The notes under the pieces are model-generated. The model saw only the letters and a list, made by a program, of their open reading frames with translations. It searched no databases and was not told where the DNA came from. Made by a program: the position numbers and the translations under genes. From Marsupella aquatica (Eukaryota > Plantae > Marchantiophyta): a stretch of DNA of 64,000 nucleotides. Position 1 is the stretch's first letter; each line of letters starts with the position of its first letter. Below, piece by piece: positions 38,576 to 49,771 of the stretch. The stretch lies in the NCBI GenBank assembly GCA_973895155.1, contig OZ316893.1, forward strand, positions 744,860 through 808,859. Reading direction: 5' to 3'.

Positions 38576-40128
38576 CTACAGCTTTGTGCCAAATGCACGA
38601 CATCGTTCGCAATGTTTCTTGCAGATATCCTCAAGCATCTTCGCTGTTGCTGTACGTTCCTGCTGCATTTGTTTTACCCGGGATCTCATCAATTGACGTT
38701 CTTCCTTACTGCCTACAGAAAAGTCATCGAGCCATTCAGCTATAAGTTTCTCGAGGTGGTACATGTCCGATCCCTTGGTGTATCTTTTCCTTTTGTCATT
38801 GTCTTCTTCCAACGTTTCCGCATACATTCCTCACCAACCCATACTTCATTGTCGGGTCGAGCAGCTTCCAAGTCTATGATCACCCATTTCCGTTCACCCA
38901 TATCATTTACTTTGATAAGGTTGGGCCACCTTATGTCCCTGTGGGTGTAGCCTTTCATCCGCAAGGCCGCATAACATGTAATGCGTGGCATTTTCTAAAT
39001 CCTTGCAATCCTCAGGCTTTGCAGATCGGTCACCAACAGATTGTAGTTGCAACACTGTTTTACCCCTGGATGATTGGGTGGATATAAGTTGGATCAGGTA
39101 CCTGGAACCATCGATTTTTTCATACAGGCATTTTATCGCGGTCACCTTATCTTTCATCAATCGTGGGATTTCCTTCGTCACACAGTCAGGATAGACCGTC
39201 ACTGCTCCACCATCAGCTCTGCTATTGGCTTATATAATGCCAAGGGGATTTCACTATCCAGTTCTTCCTGTAGTTTCTGTAGGAGTCAGTGCATCCAAAT
39301 GGTGCTATGTAGGAACTTAACTACTTCGGTCAATACATTCAAGTCATAGAGTTGTGAGATACTTTCAAGAACAATTTCCTTGCCTCGCGGATAGAGCTTC
39401 AGCCATTGAAACTGCCTTCCACCGCAGCCACCACCAATCACATAAGGGAGTTTACCATAGAACAAAAGGCTCCATGCCTTTAATTTTGAGGTGTTCTCAA
39501 GTACAGCCTCGTGCCGAAGTGCCCCATCTGTTTGATTCTCCCATCTGAGAATGAGACAATCCCTATAAAAACAGCTGGAAATCTGGTCTTAATAGCGGTT
39601 TTAGTGGTCGCAATGCTACAGTTTAGCCGGGGGATCGGGTGAATCCAATAACCAGTCCAAACCTTTTAATTTTCCGTTTGCTGGAGCTTCCTCATTTAAT
39701 AATGAGATGAACTCTCCACTGAGATTAGCCAATTCATGTGAGTTGGTGGCCTCATTGCCTGAACAACAACACTTCATTTGTCCGAACACAGTATTGCAGA
39801 AGGATGCCAAGCTTTTCACCGCTTCGGGAGTATCAAGCTCCACCAGCTCAAAAGTGTGTATTTTCTGGAAAATTACAAGATCGCTAATTGGGAGCAGTAA
39901 TGGTGTCTGGGACCAAAACTCCGAGAGTTCATGGGCACTTTGTGGGAGCGTCGAAGGTGGTTCCAACAGTTTCCCAAAATAGCGCTCTCCAGCTTCAGCA
40001 GCAGCTCTTGCTGCCAAGGACAGGCATCCAAGTGATTGGTTTTCCAACTTTTCCAAGGAATCACTAGTGATTGGTTCTATTCCATCACCATCTCCCTTCT
40101 CCGGAGAAAACAAGAGCTCATCAACCAC
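38576..40128 (-). pseudogene. Decayed Crinkler-type (CRN) restriction-endonuclease-like + protein-kinase-like gene
   Basis: Frameshifted pieces read LRPDFQLF / RDCLILRWEN..EAVLENTSKLKAWSLLFYGKLPYVIG (REase-like) and then GYTHRDIRWPNLIK..WVIIDLEAA and YTKGSDMYHL (kinase subdomains VIb, VII, IX). There are several stops and frameshifts and no clear introns. Confidence 0.7.
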
Positions 40129-42068
40129 TGATCCAGTCCTCCTTCACTGGACACTCTTCACAACCCTAAACCCCCAAACCCTGACAGACCATCGTCGACA
40201 AAGAGCACAAATCTACTCTAACTTTGCAACTATAATCAAATCTTGAGTGCATTTCTTTCCTCCGAGGACGTGCCTGCCTCTTGCTTACTCTCTTCTTCCT
40301 TCTTGTCCGCAGTCCAAGAATTGTCCACACTATCAACCAGAGGACGCAGATGATGGCCCGAAAACAGAGAGCTTCTGGCCATTCTCCCTCTACCTGGAGG
40401 TGGTACCACTTCGCGTCCACCTCCTGCTGGTGAGTGTACAGACAATACACCGGACGGCCCTTTCCTTGCAATGCAGTTACCTGCCAAACCATACGAAAGG
40501 AGTTCTCAAATCGAAGCAAGGGATGGGAGGTACAATTCGTCAAGCGTGCTGCCTGATCTTAATACACAGTCATGCCTTCGGGAAGCGCTATCTATGGTCG
40601 TAATTATTGCCTTCTCAGATCATTCGCCTCTAGTTGAGAAACAAACCAAGAGATTTCAAAGGCTGGAACGAGGAGCGATCCTTCCGATGGAGTGCCAAAA
40701 GCGGGGCCAAAAGACTACTCCTGCGTTCAAATGTGCTGAATTTGCCGCATCTCATCTCTCTGTTTAACAGAAATTGCGAAGCACTCTGGACCGGCTTTCA
40801 CACCTGAGGACTCTATCCAATTGCTCAAATTTTGCTTGAAGTGGACCTTGTACTCATCAACAGGAAACCAGAATTCCAAAAAGGCAAAAGTTTCTCAAAT
40901 ATTGGATTCACCAGAGCCCTAACGAGAAGAGCGATTTCAAAAGAAGACAGCCTCGTAATTCCAAAAGCATCACTCTTGCTTGACAACGAACAACATAGGA
41001 AACTTCTTCTCCATCCTTACCCTTGGACGAGAACTAATGACCTGCCAACATGCTCTGGACCCAGGTGATTTATAGGAGCTGTAGATAAAACTCATCGACT
41101 ACATTCGGCGGGAGATTGTTTTCCACACGTTCTTAACGGCCGTCGTCGTCATTCCAGCCCTGTCCGTCGGAACCAGTGCAACCCGAGCCAGAAGCATGTT
41201 CTTCCTCTTCTGAAATATTTTTCACGAGAAGTCTGCTCCTTCGCTCACAGCGACAACGTTACCGAGCGTTACCTCTGCATGCGGAAGGGGGATGGCTGAG
41301 AAACATTGGTGCCTGTCGAATATCTCCGCTTTTAGTCAGATATTTGTCTGTTGGAGACCAGTTGATATTCGCCTTTCGATTAATCAGAAGCTCCTAATTG
41401 GTGTCTGGTGTGCTGTGTGCCATGTCAGATTTCTGCATTGAAAAAAAACTCGCTGATCTTAGGATCTGTAATGTGTGATACTTCCTCAACTTTGTGATCC
41501 TCCAGGCTTTGAATCACTGATCCGATCATTAGCGTCTGAGGGAACCATGAGAGGGATGACTTTAAAGTTCAAAAACGATCTATTTCAGATTTCTGCAATT
41601 CCAGCCACGTTGCAGTCCACACTTCTAATGAAGTTTTTCCTTGCAGACCTTGTGTCATTTCATTTGGAGGTTACTTGTGGGGGAACTTCCCAAATGAATT
41701 AACCAGATTGATCGGACTGGATTGGTTTGCAGAACATTTCACCCAGCACATACTCAAAGTCCTCTAAATCTTTCCCTAAGGATGGAGAGGTGCATGTTCA
41801 TTTCTTCCAGGTTATGCACCTCAGACAAGCTGTTCATCTTACTTTTCAAACTAATTCCAACTTCATTGTATAGAAGAGATTACAAACTGGATTTTGAATC
41901 TATTAAGTAAAAGAAAACATCAGCCCGGGATACTGCCAGGTCCTAGGATATAACCTGCAGTGACCAGCCAACTGTAGAGTTCCATGATGGAGATACTGTA
42001 AGGATAACATTGAAAGGCTACTAGAAAAAGGGTGAATCAATCTAATGCCAAGTGGCTGCGTTAGATCA

Positions 42069-43497
42069 TCAATTGTCTTTATTGATCTCTTTTACCATTG
42101 CTTCCGAAGAGTGCTTGGCGAACTGAAGCTGCTGAAATTTTACAACAGGGAATCCTACAATGGAGAGAAAATGGGCAGGTTTTGAAAATGAATATATGTC
42201 ATACCACACAGTGTCATCTTCCTTGTTCCATTCGACTGCAAATCTCTCCTCTCCTGCCTGCACTCAAAGCATTAACACAGTAGAATCAAGGAACGCATCT
42301 AACGGCTGTGGGTACACGTGCTATCTGCGTTTGAAACTAGAATTCTGCCAGATTGCGATCGAGCAGAGCCTTGATATCCTATACGAGCATGTTTTTGCCC
42401 TCTATTTGCATTACCCGTCAGAACCACTCTGGTTTCACGGTCTAGCCCATTTTCCACCGACAAAACTCGAAATCATGTGGAGGTAGAGCACCTTCACACA
42501 CAGGATGTCTTCTCGATACAAATGCTGGGAGAAAGAGTGGAGAAGGCTGTAGGAAAGGGTAGGAAATGGATACACGTTCTACTCCTTTTCCTGTAAGGGA
42601 GAGCAGCTCCACTTCCCACAAAAGCAGTGATTTTCCAAAAGATATTGAAAGGATAACTTGAAGATGACCATACCAGTAAGTGACCTCTAAGAGCGCCACC
42701 TGCAAATGCGAAAGCCGACAATCCAGAAATGTTCTCTGATAAATTGCTATCTCCTCGGTTAGCTGGCGAAATCTTTACTTGGCCATCTCTCAGAGTGTCC
42801 GTAATGTAAAGAATCTGCAGTGGATTGACGAGCCAAGCAACCAACTCATGAGCCTGGATGCCAAACTTGCCCCCAACTTTGATCTGTGTACTAGGGTCAA
42901 CAGAAATTGATCCCAGCTGCAAGTGCCTGCACTATTAAGAGGAATTCCTTCAGCGCAAGCACATCAAATACCAAGCCCTAATCAACAGTATAGCCAAAAC
43001 TTACTACAAAAGCGCCAGTGTACTTGAATGAGAACCATCAGGAGCAGAAATTCGCATCTACGACTGACTGATTGCTGTCTTGGGCAATTGCAGAGACCAA
43101 AAGAAAGACTTTCCAATCTTACGGACCTCCAATTCTACAGCTTGTCTTTTGCTTTACTGAATGTGTTGAGTCCCGACCCAAGTCTCACACGACTGTGATT
43201 AATAGAAAATCCATTCCTTTTCAGTTCCTGGACTTTGTCGGCAGCAAAAGGTACCTCTGAAGTCATTCCCACATACTTCTCCTCGTAGTTGAAACCCCTG
43301 CATCACTCAAATTTCAGTTTTGGAGGGAAAGTAATGATTCACATCCCATCGTCCGACATGCACACAATTTCGGCATATCACTGGAGAAACTGAAATGAGA
43401 TAGCAGAAATTACTCGCTAAGCAGATTTAAACTTTTTCCCAGGTGAGCTTGGTCGGGCCCAAGCCCAAGCCCATTCGAATAAAATCAAGGATGCCAT
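42069..43497 (-). pseudogene. DUF1990/UPF0548 (At2g17695-like) gene with in-frame TAG; exons approx. 43497-~43414, 43297-43127, 42926-42674, 42257-42069
   Basis: WARPS, GFNYEEKY, GFSINHSRVRLGSG, L*NWRH, VDPST, NPLQILY, GALRGHLLAGEERF and VWYDIYSFSKPAHFLSIVGFP match the plant DUF1990 family; TAG at 43137-43135 lies where Gln is expected. Confidence 0.8.
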
Positions 43498-43949
43498 GAA
43501 CTTAGACAAGGGACCACACGAGATGCAGGGCAGAGGTGTTACTGGCAGGATGCAAGGAAAGAAGCCTCATCCTTGGGAGAAGGGCGATTCCACCAGAGCG
43601 CTGGCAACCACATTTTCCCAATTCTCGCTACAACGAGAAGGCGATCGGAACCCACGGATCGACGAGGAAGGAAGCTCACTAGTGGGAGCATTCAGGGACG
43701 GTGGCGATGCAGCAGCAGAGGAGCTTCGGTAGAGTGAAAGGCCGAATCCAGAGGCAGAGCGGACGAAAGAGAAGACCGCGGAAACCAAAGGGTACGAGTC
43801 TACGAGAAGAAGATGGCGGAGGAGTATCTTCAGGCAAGGCAAAGTGCTCCTGGAGGCCGGTAACCTTTCTTCCTCAATTACGTTTAAGGAGGCGGGTTCC
43901 CACACCGTACAGGTAAAATCTGTCGCTGTTACGGACGACAGCGTCCCCG

Positions 43950-44086
43950 CTACCCGAAGTGAAACTCGGGCAGGCGTTCGAAGGACAACTTTCGGGAGCC
44001 CGGTTTGAGATCTTTGTCGTTCTTGCGGAAAGGTTGTGTCCCGGCCGCGGACTACCCGAAGTGAAACTCGGGCAGGCGTTGGAAGG
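43950..44086. repeat. 35-bp direct repeat (1 mismatch, period 102) with internal CCCGA/TCGGG hairpin
   Basis: CTACCCGAAGTGAAACTCGGGCAGGCGTT(C/G)GAAGG at 43950-43984 and 44052-44086. Confidence 0.9.
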
Positions 44087-45017
44087 GGGCACGTACAGCC
44101 GAACGGGCCTCGGGCAGCGGGCAGGGAGCTGGTCAGTTGGTTCTCCCCAATGTAGAAAAGTGTTTGGGCTCTGATTGACTAACAGCGTCCCCGGTAGTTT
44201 CGGCAGAGCGGCAAAGCAGCTTCGTTTGTTGGAGGACACTGCTCTGTCGTCATGGAACAAAATCATGGGCGCCTTGTGTCATAAATACATGACCCAAAGT
44301 TCGAATCTAGAGAGCTAGTGATATAGCATTGCAGAGCACATACTTCGACTGCATAGAGCAAGATTTTGCCAGTGGTTGTGACGTCTAGCTTTCCCCTTGT
44401 AGTAATTGCTGGATTGTTTGTTGGATTGCTTCTGTAGAACCCCTGCCGGCAGTCAGTCCATGCATTATTGCCGTCAACTGAGTGAATCATAGGAGCAGTA
44501 CGACGGGACTTTGCGATGCGAGCCAAGACATCATTCTAGTGTCGCTGGATTGGTTGGTACGGGTGGGAGTCTGAATAGGCGGGCCCGATACTTTCACTTG
44601 TTCACGGATCAGCAGCTATTCAGGTGGAAATGTGGCATAGGGTCAGGAAGTCGTTGGGATTGTCGATCTCGCTTGAATTTGGTTGTTCTTGAGTGAGTGG
44701 AGGTCAGCCGGCCAATGTTAAGAGTTTGAAAGTGCTGCAGATTGGGAGTGTTTTTCCATGGGTGGCGATCGAAGGTGGCATTTCAGACCGTTTTGGGCTG
44801 TTTTGGACTTTGATTTTCTAACCGGATTGGTGACTCTTTGACGGTGCCCAATCTTGTGGATCGAGGGTGGCTTGCGAAATCCTCGGTGCAGGGAAGTTTG
44901 ATTAGTCTGCGATTTGACCGCATGGTTGGATTGGCCTATTGCCTGTACCGAGTGAGATTTTCTTCTCAAAAACTCGTTGAAAAGTTTGTGGAGGCGTATG
45001 GTAATTTCCGGTTGAGG

Positions 45018-48000
45018 ATGGCTGGACCGTATTCAAGCTACCAACCAAAGCAGGGAGCAATGAGGTATCAGCAGACTCAACAGTCCAATGTCTCTCGAGT
45101 TTTGTTGTTGGCGCTCACGTTGCTGCCCTTGTGCCTGGCCGCGTTTGCGTTTGGATTGCAGTGGAGAGGGGGGCCTCCCTTTGGTCCGAACTTTAAAGGT
45201 CGGTTTGAAATATCGAAACTGCCTGGAGGGGGAGCTCTTGGCTTTCCATCGTTGAGTCATTCTGCAACCAATGCTGATTGCGGGGCTGACTCTTTGGCGA
45301 GACGGAACGTGCCTTCTTTCCCGCACCATCCTGGCTGGCAGTATGCCATTGTCGGTGAAGCTCACCCTAAGGTAAACCCTCTGTTTCTAAATGACTGAAA
45401 GGGCGACAAGTGAATGAATTTGGATGAGGGAGTACTACTTTCATCCATGGCATAACCTATTCATTTTGTGACACAAAGCAAGGGAGCGGATCGGTTCGAA
45501 GGATCCCTACTCCTTATCGATAGCAGTTGTGGAATCGATTAGGCCGTAGGGTCATAAAATTATTTCTCTAAGAAGGACATCATGAAGCACCGAAAACATA
45601 GTCCGGCCAATCTTACAGATAAATTTGCTAGCAATCCTGCGACTGACGAGAGACTTATCCTGGGAGGTTTTATCTACAGCGAAGGTGATGGATGGTGGCT
45701 TGCGTATCAATCGAGAGGAAAACATGCTGAGAAATTAGCGGGAGACTCTATGGCTTGACTGAAGATACTCAATAAGAGCAGCTTGGTGCCGAAGACTCGT
45801 TCAAATACTGTACATGATTGTTATTATCACCTAAACTACTCTTATGGGGCGCAGATATGTATATGTACAAGCACATCCGCAGGGCTCGATCAGATTTTGC
45901 CATGGTTGTACTACCATCGAGTTATTGGTGTCACTAATTTCTTCCTCTTCGTTGAGGGAAAAGCAGCTTCCGCTAACATCTCGGCAGTTCTAGAGGCCAT
46001 TCCTGTAAGTGATTGGATCACTCTCATCCTGCATCGCATAGCTGAAATTTTACTGAGAATTCTAACTAAGAGCAACGCCAGCGTCAATGTTTCTTTGACG
46101 GGAGGTTAAATCTGAATGACTTTTTTGGCAGGGCGTACAAGTTGTTCATCGTACAAAGGAACTGGAGGAGAAACAAGCCAAGAGGTAGAACTGCGTCTGA
46201 GTGGAGTCAAATGCCCCATTATAGGCTTTAGGGTGGACAAAAATTATGCATATTATAGTTTCTATCTGGGAGGTCAGAGTCTGTTACTTCTCAAGTTACA
46301 GCTTTTGAAGTTTCAGAATTGCAAGTACCTTTCTAAGGAGTCTAATCGGAGATTTCTGTCTCATGATTGCTTTTGCCTATGCAGCCGGATTTGGAATGAG
46401 ACCTGGCTCTCAAGTTTTTTCTATCGACCTTGTAACTACGAACTGTTTGTCAGGCAGTCTCTCAATATGGAAATGGCAATTGTGATGGCAAGGGTACGTG
46501 GTCTTACGCCAGCCAAATGTCAAACCTAGGATGTAAACGATGTGAGCAGGTTTTTCATTCTTCATGTTGCTAACCTGATATACTTGATTAAGTGCGGAGA
46601 AACCAGTCCATCATAAACCATTGGCCCTCAAAGAGTGACAATAGGAAAATTTCCTTTATACCTCTGCGACAGGTTTCTTACTAGCAACATGTTAGGGATT
46701 GGACATTCCGTGCCGAGGACTGTGTTGTCATTCAATATGCATTGAGGGTTTCTAGATGGCGGAGATAAACTCTAACATGCGTTTAGTTCTGTTCGGGTTG
46801 GTGAGTACCACTGAAAGCTTTTGCCACCATAGCGGACACGGTATCCTGCACGTAATCTTAGAGCAAGGAGAGAGTACATTATTGCTTTTCTGGCATTCTT
46901 GGTATGGGCTGAACCACATAGATGGGATTAAAGCCTATGTGAGGAAATAAGCAAATGAAAAGCAACTGAAAGATTACTAAATACTTGAGGATAAGAATCC
47001 AGAATTCATGCCCAGGGCTGCTGCAAGGCAGATATGAATCTGCGAGTCTTGTTTTCTTGAGACCATGGGAAGACACAGTAGGCTTGTCTTGGAATGCCAC
47101 AACTAACTCAACATCTAGTCTTTCGAATGTGTATTCTGAGAATATGGTTAAGCAAGCAACAGTAGCGTTGCATGTATTGAGGCAAGTGGATAGCACAGGG
47201 GATTTGTTTTTATTTTATTGTTTGTCTGCATATATTGACTACATGTCAGAGGTTGCACAACTTAGCGAGTTGGTTGTTACAGGCGAGTGGGATGGATTGG
47301 ATCATTCACCTGGACACAGATGAATTACTTCATCCTGCTGGTGCTGAGGAATATTCTTTGAGGCGATTGCTGGGAGATGTGGCGTCAGACGTTGACATGG
47401 TTGTCTTCCCTAATTATGTGAGTGAATGTTGTTCTGAGATCCTTTTGCTCTACTACATTGGACGCATATCGATTGTTGTTGGGAGGAACTCATCTGACGA
47501 GTAGATATCAAATACCTGGGAAATAGGGAAAGAGTGAGGATGCATTGTCAACAGAAATTCCGTGTTCAGCCATAGTAACTACACGACCATCCATAATATG
47601 AAGATCAAAGCACATCATTGCATCGACGTGCTGTACAAGAATTTGTCATTAGTTCTCCATGTTACGTTCTGCATTCTTATTCCAAATTTGATATAGGTTG
47701 CTGGGCTCTCAATTGTGAGGCTTGAATGAGCAAAACATGAGCTCCCTGCACTCTTTGCCTCCTGTTCTGTTGCGGTGTGCTCTTACTGAACAACAAAACT
47801 TGGTGGTTTACGCAGGAAAGTGCTATTGAGCGTGACGACATCAGAGACCCTTTTACAGAGGTTAGTCACACAATGCCATCTTCGTAACCATATTTCTTAT
47901 GACGTGGTGTGATTATATCAGTTCAATTCTGGATGGTGTTTATATCTACCTCTCCATCTGAATATTAATGAACACAGATGAACGTTCAGCTATGTCCCAA

Positions 48001-49771
48001 ACAGTTCCTACAGTTTCAACTGCTGGATGCTGGATCTTTGATATCTTTTCTTTTGGGTGTTGACAGGTGTCAATGTTTAAGAAAAATTACGACCATGTGA
48101 TGAAGGAGACCTATTTTGGCTTGTATAAAGAAGCAACTCGAGGCAACCCGAACTACTTTCTCACGTACGGAAATGGCAAGGCTGCAGCACGGATTCAGAA
48201 CCATCTTCGACCAAACGGGGCTCACCGATGGCACAACTACATGAAAAATCCAAAGTCCGAATCTAACCATCTTGCACTTGTTAGAGTTGCTTTGTAGCAG
48301 TCCAGACTGGCGAATTCAAACTGGAGTTGTATCTAATCTAATGTTGATAGTGTGTTGACGTGGGCTGTTCAGTGAGATAAAACTGGAAGAGGCAGCAGTG
48401 TTACATTTCACTTATACAAAGTTTTCAGACTTGACTTCAAGGAGAGATCGATGTGGATGCAAACCTACCAAGGAAGATGTGAAGAAGTGTTTCATGCTGG
48501 AGTTCGACCGTGATGTGAGTACACAATTTTTTGCTTGTGTTTCTGTTTTCTATGACAGAGCTACCACAAAAACTATATTCAGAGGAAAAAACTACGTTAG
48601 GTGAAAACTCATTTCCATCTACAGTAGGTAACGTTTATTGGTTGAACCCTAGAGGATCGTTGTCAAAAAAGAACGACCTCTTCTTATAGGTCAGCGTATC
48701 TCAAAGTTTGCCTGGAATTAATTTTGATCCTCTTGCAGTTCTGAATAAATCAAAACTTACTGGAACTTAAATTGTGCGTTTCCACTGTTTTCCCCAGGCG
48801 TTCATCATTGCTTCGACGTTCACAGAAGAGGAGATGCGATTGTGGTAGGAACCATTCGTTTCATCCTGAGCCAGTTGTTTCATTACTCGTCTTGTACGAC
48901 GAAGTATGGTGCCAATGTTGTCTTCTAGTTGGGCTTCTGCCAGACACCAATACAAACTGGCGCAACCTTTTTTCAGTTCCATAGATTCTCATGGAGACGG
49001 AGATCTTGGAAACTATCTGCTGCTAGTTCTAGACGTATAATTGGCTTTGGACTCCAGGTAAAGAGAAATTTACAGTAACGGCAATGTGCAGGTACCGCGA
49101 GCATGTTGTCTGGACAGATAACGAATCAAACCTAAAGCTGATGAGGAAAGGGCTTCTAACACGCATATTTGCTCCTAAGGTTAGGATCAACACAAGGAGC
49201 TTTGCTTGGTGCCTTCGATTTGCATTTCTCGATGGACAGGCATCCACGACGAGTTTTTGACGTCAGCCTAGGATGTCTTGATTTTTCATCCGACTAGTAT
49301 GATATTGGTTGCACATCTAATGATGAAGAAGCGCTTCAGGAGCGTAGCCTTAAAAGACAGTACCGCATCGTTGCCCCTGCCTTCGCATTGCTCTTAAGAG
49401 TGTGTGGAATCTGGACTCTGTTGCAGGTCATAATTCAAGGGCTGAGAGAGGCTGGTGTCTACGATAATGCGTTGGCTGCTGGTCAGGCTTTGCTTGAAAA
49501 GTACAAATCAAGGGACGAGTTCCTACTAGCTGTGACACATTCGTCAGCTAGAAACTCCTCCGTGTCGTCCTCAGAGACGGAAAGATCAGGTCAAAGTGGT
49601 AACAGTGAAGAACATGATAGTGCGGTAAAGCCTGACGAGACTCAACAGGAGGATGAGTCAGGGTTGGAAGAAATTAAAGTTGCCAGGAGACAGCTGTTGG
49701 AGTTTTTTGACATGATACCGGAGGCGGTTCCTCCAATGGCATCGCCAGTCCCTTCATCTTCCCTTTGGTAG
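45018..49771 (+). CDS. KOB1: Glycosyltransferase-like KOBITO1/ELD1/ABI8 homolog; about 11 exons (first 45018-45371, last 49427-49771)
   Basis: N-terminal [25 protein letters not shown]; [28 protein letters not shown]; [34 protein letters not shown]; [13 protein letters not shown]; FKKNYDH; YGNGKAAAR; [12 protein letters not shown]; [28 protein letters not shown]; consistent GT-AG sites. Confidence 0.92.

Noticed and set aside
43135-43137. U-to-C RNA editing rescuing the TAG codons
   Set aside because: Reverse editing in hornworts, lycophytes and ferns is established only for organellar transcripts; these are nuclear loci.
43950-44086. CRISPR-like appearance (35-bp hairpin repeat plus spacer)
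   Set aside because: Only two units, a 67-bp spacer, no cas genes and a plant nuclear context; kept only as a direct repeat.
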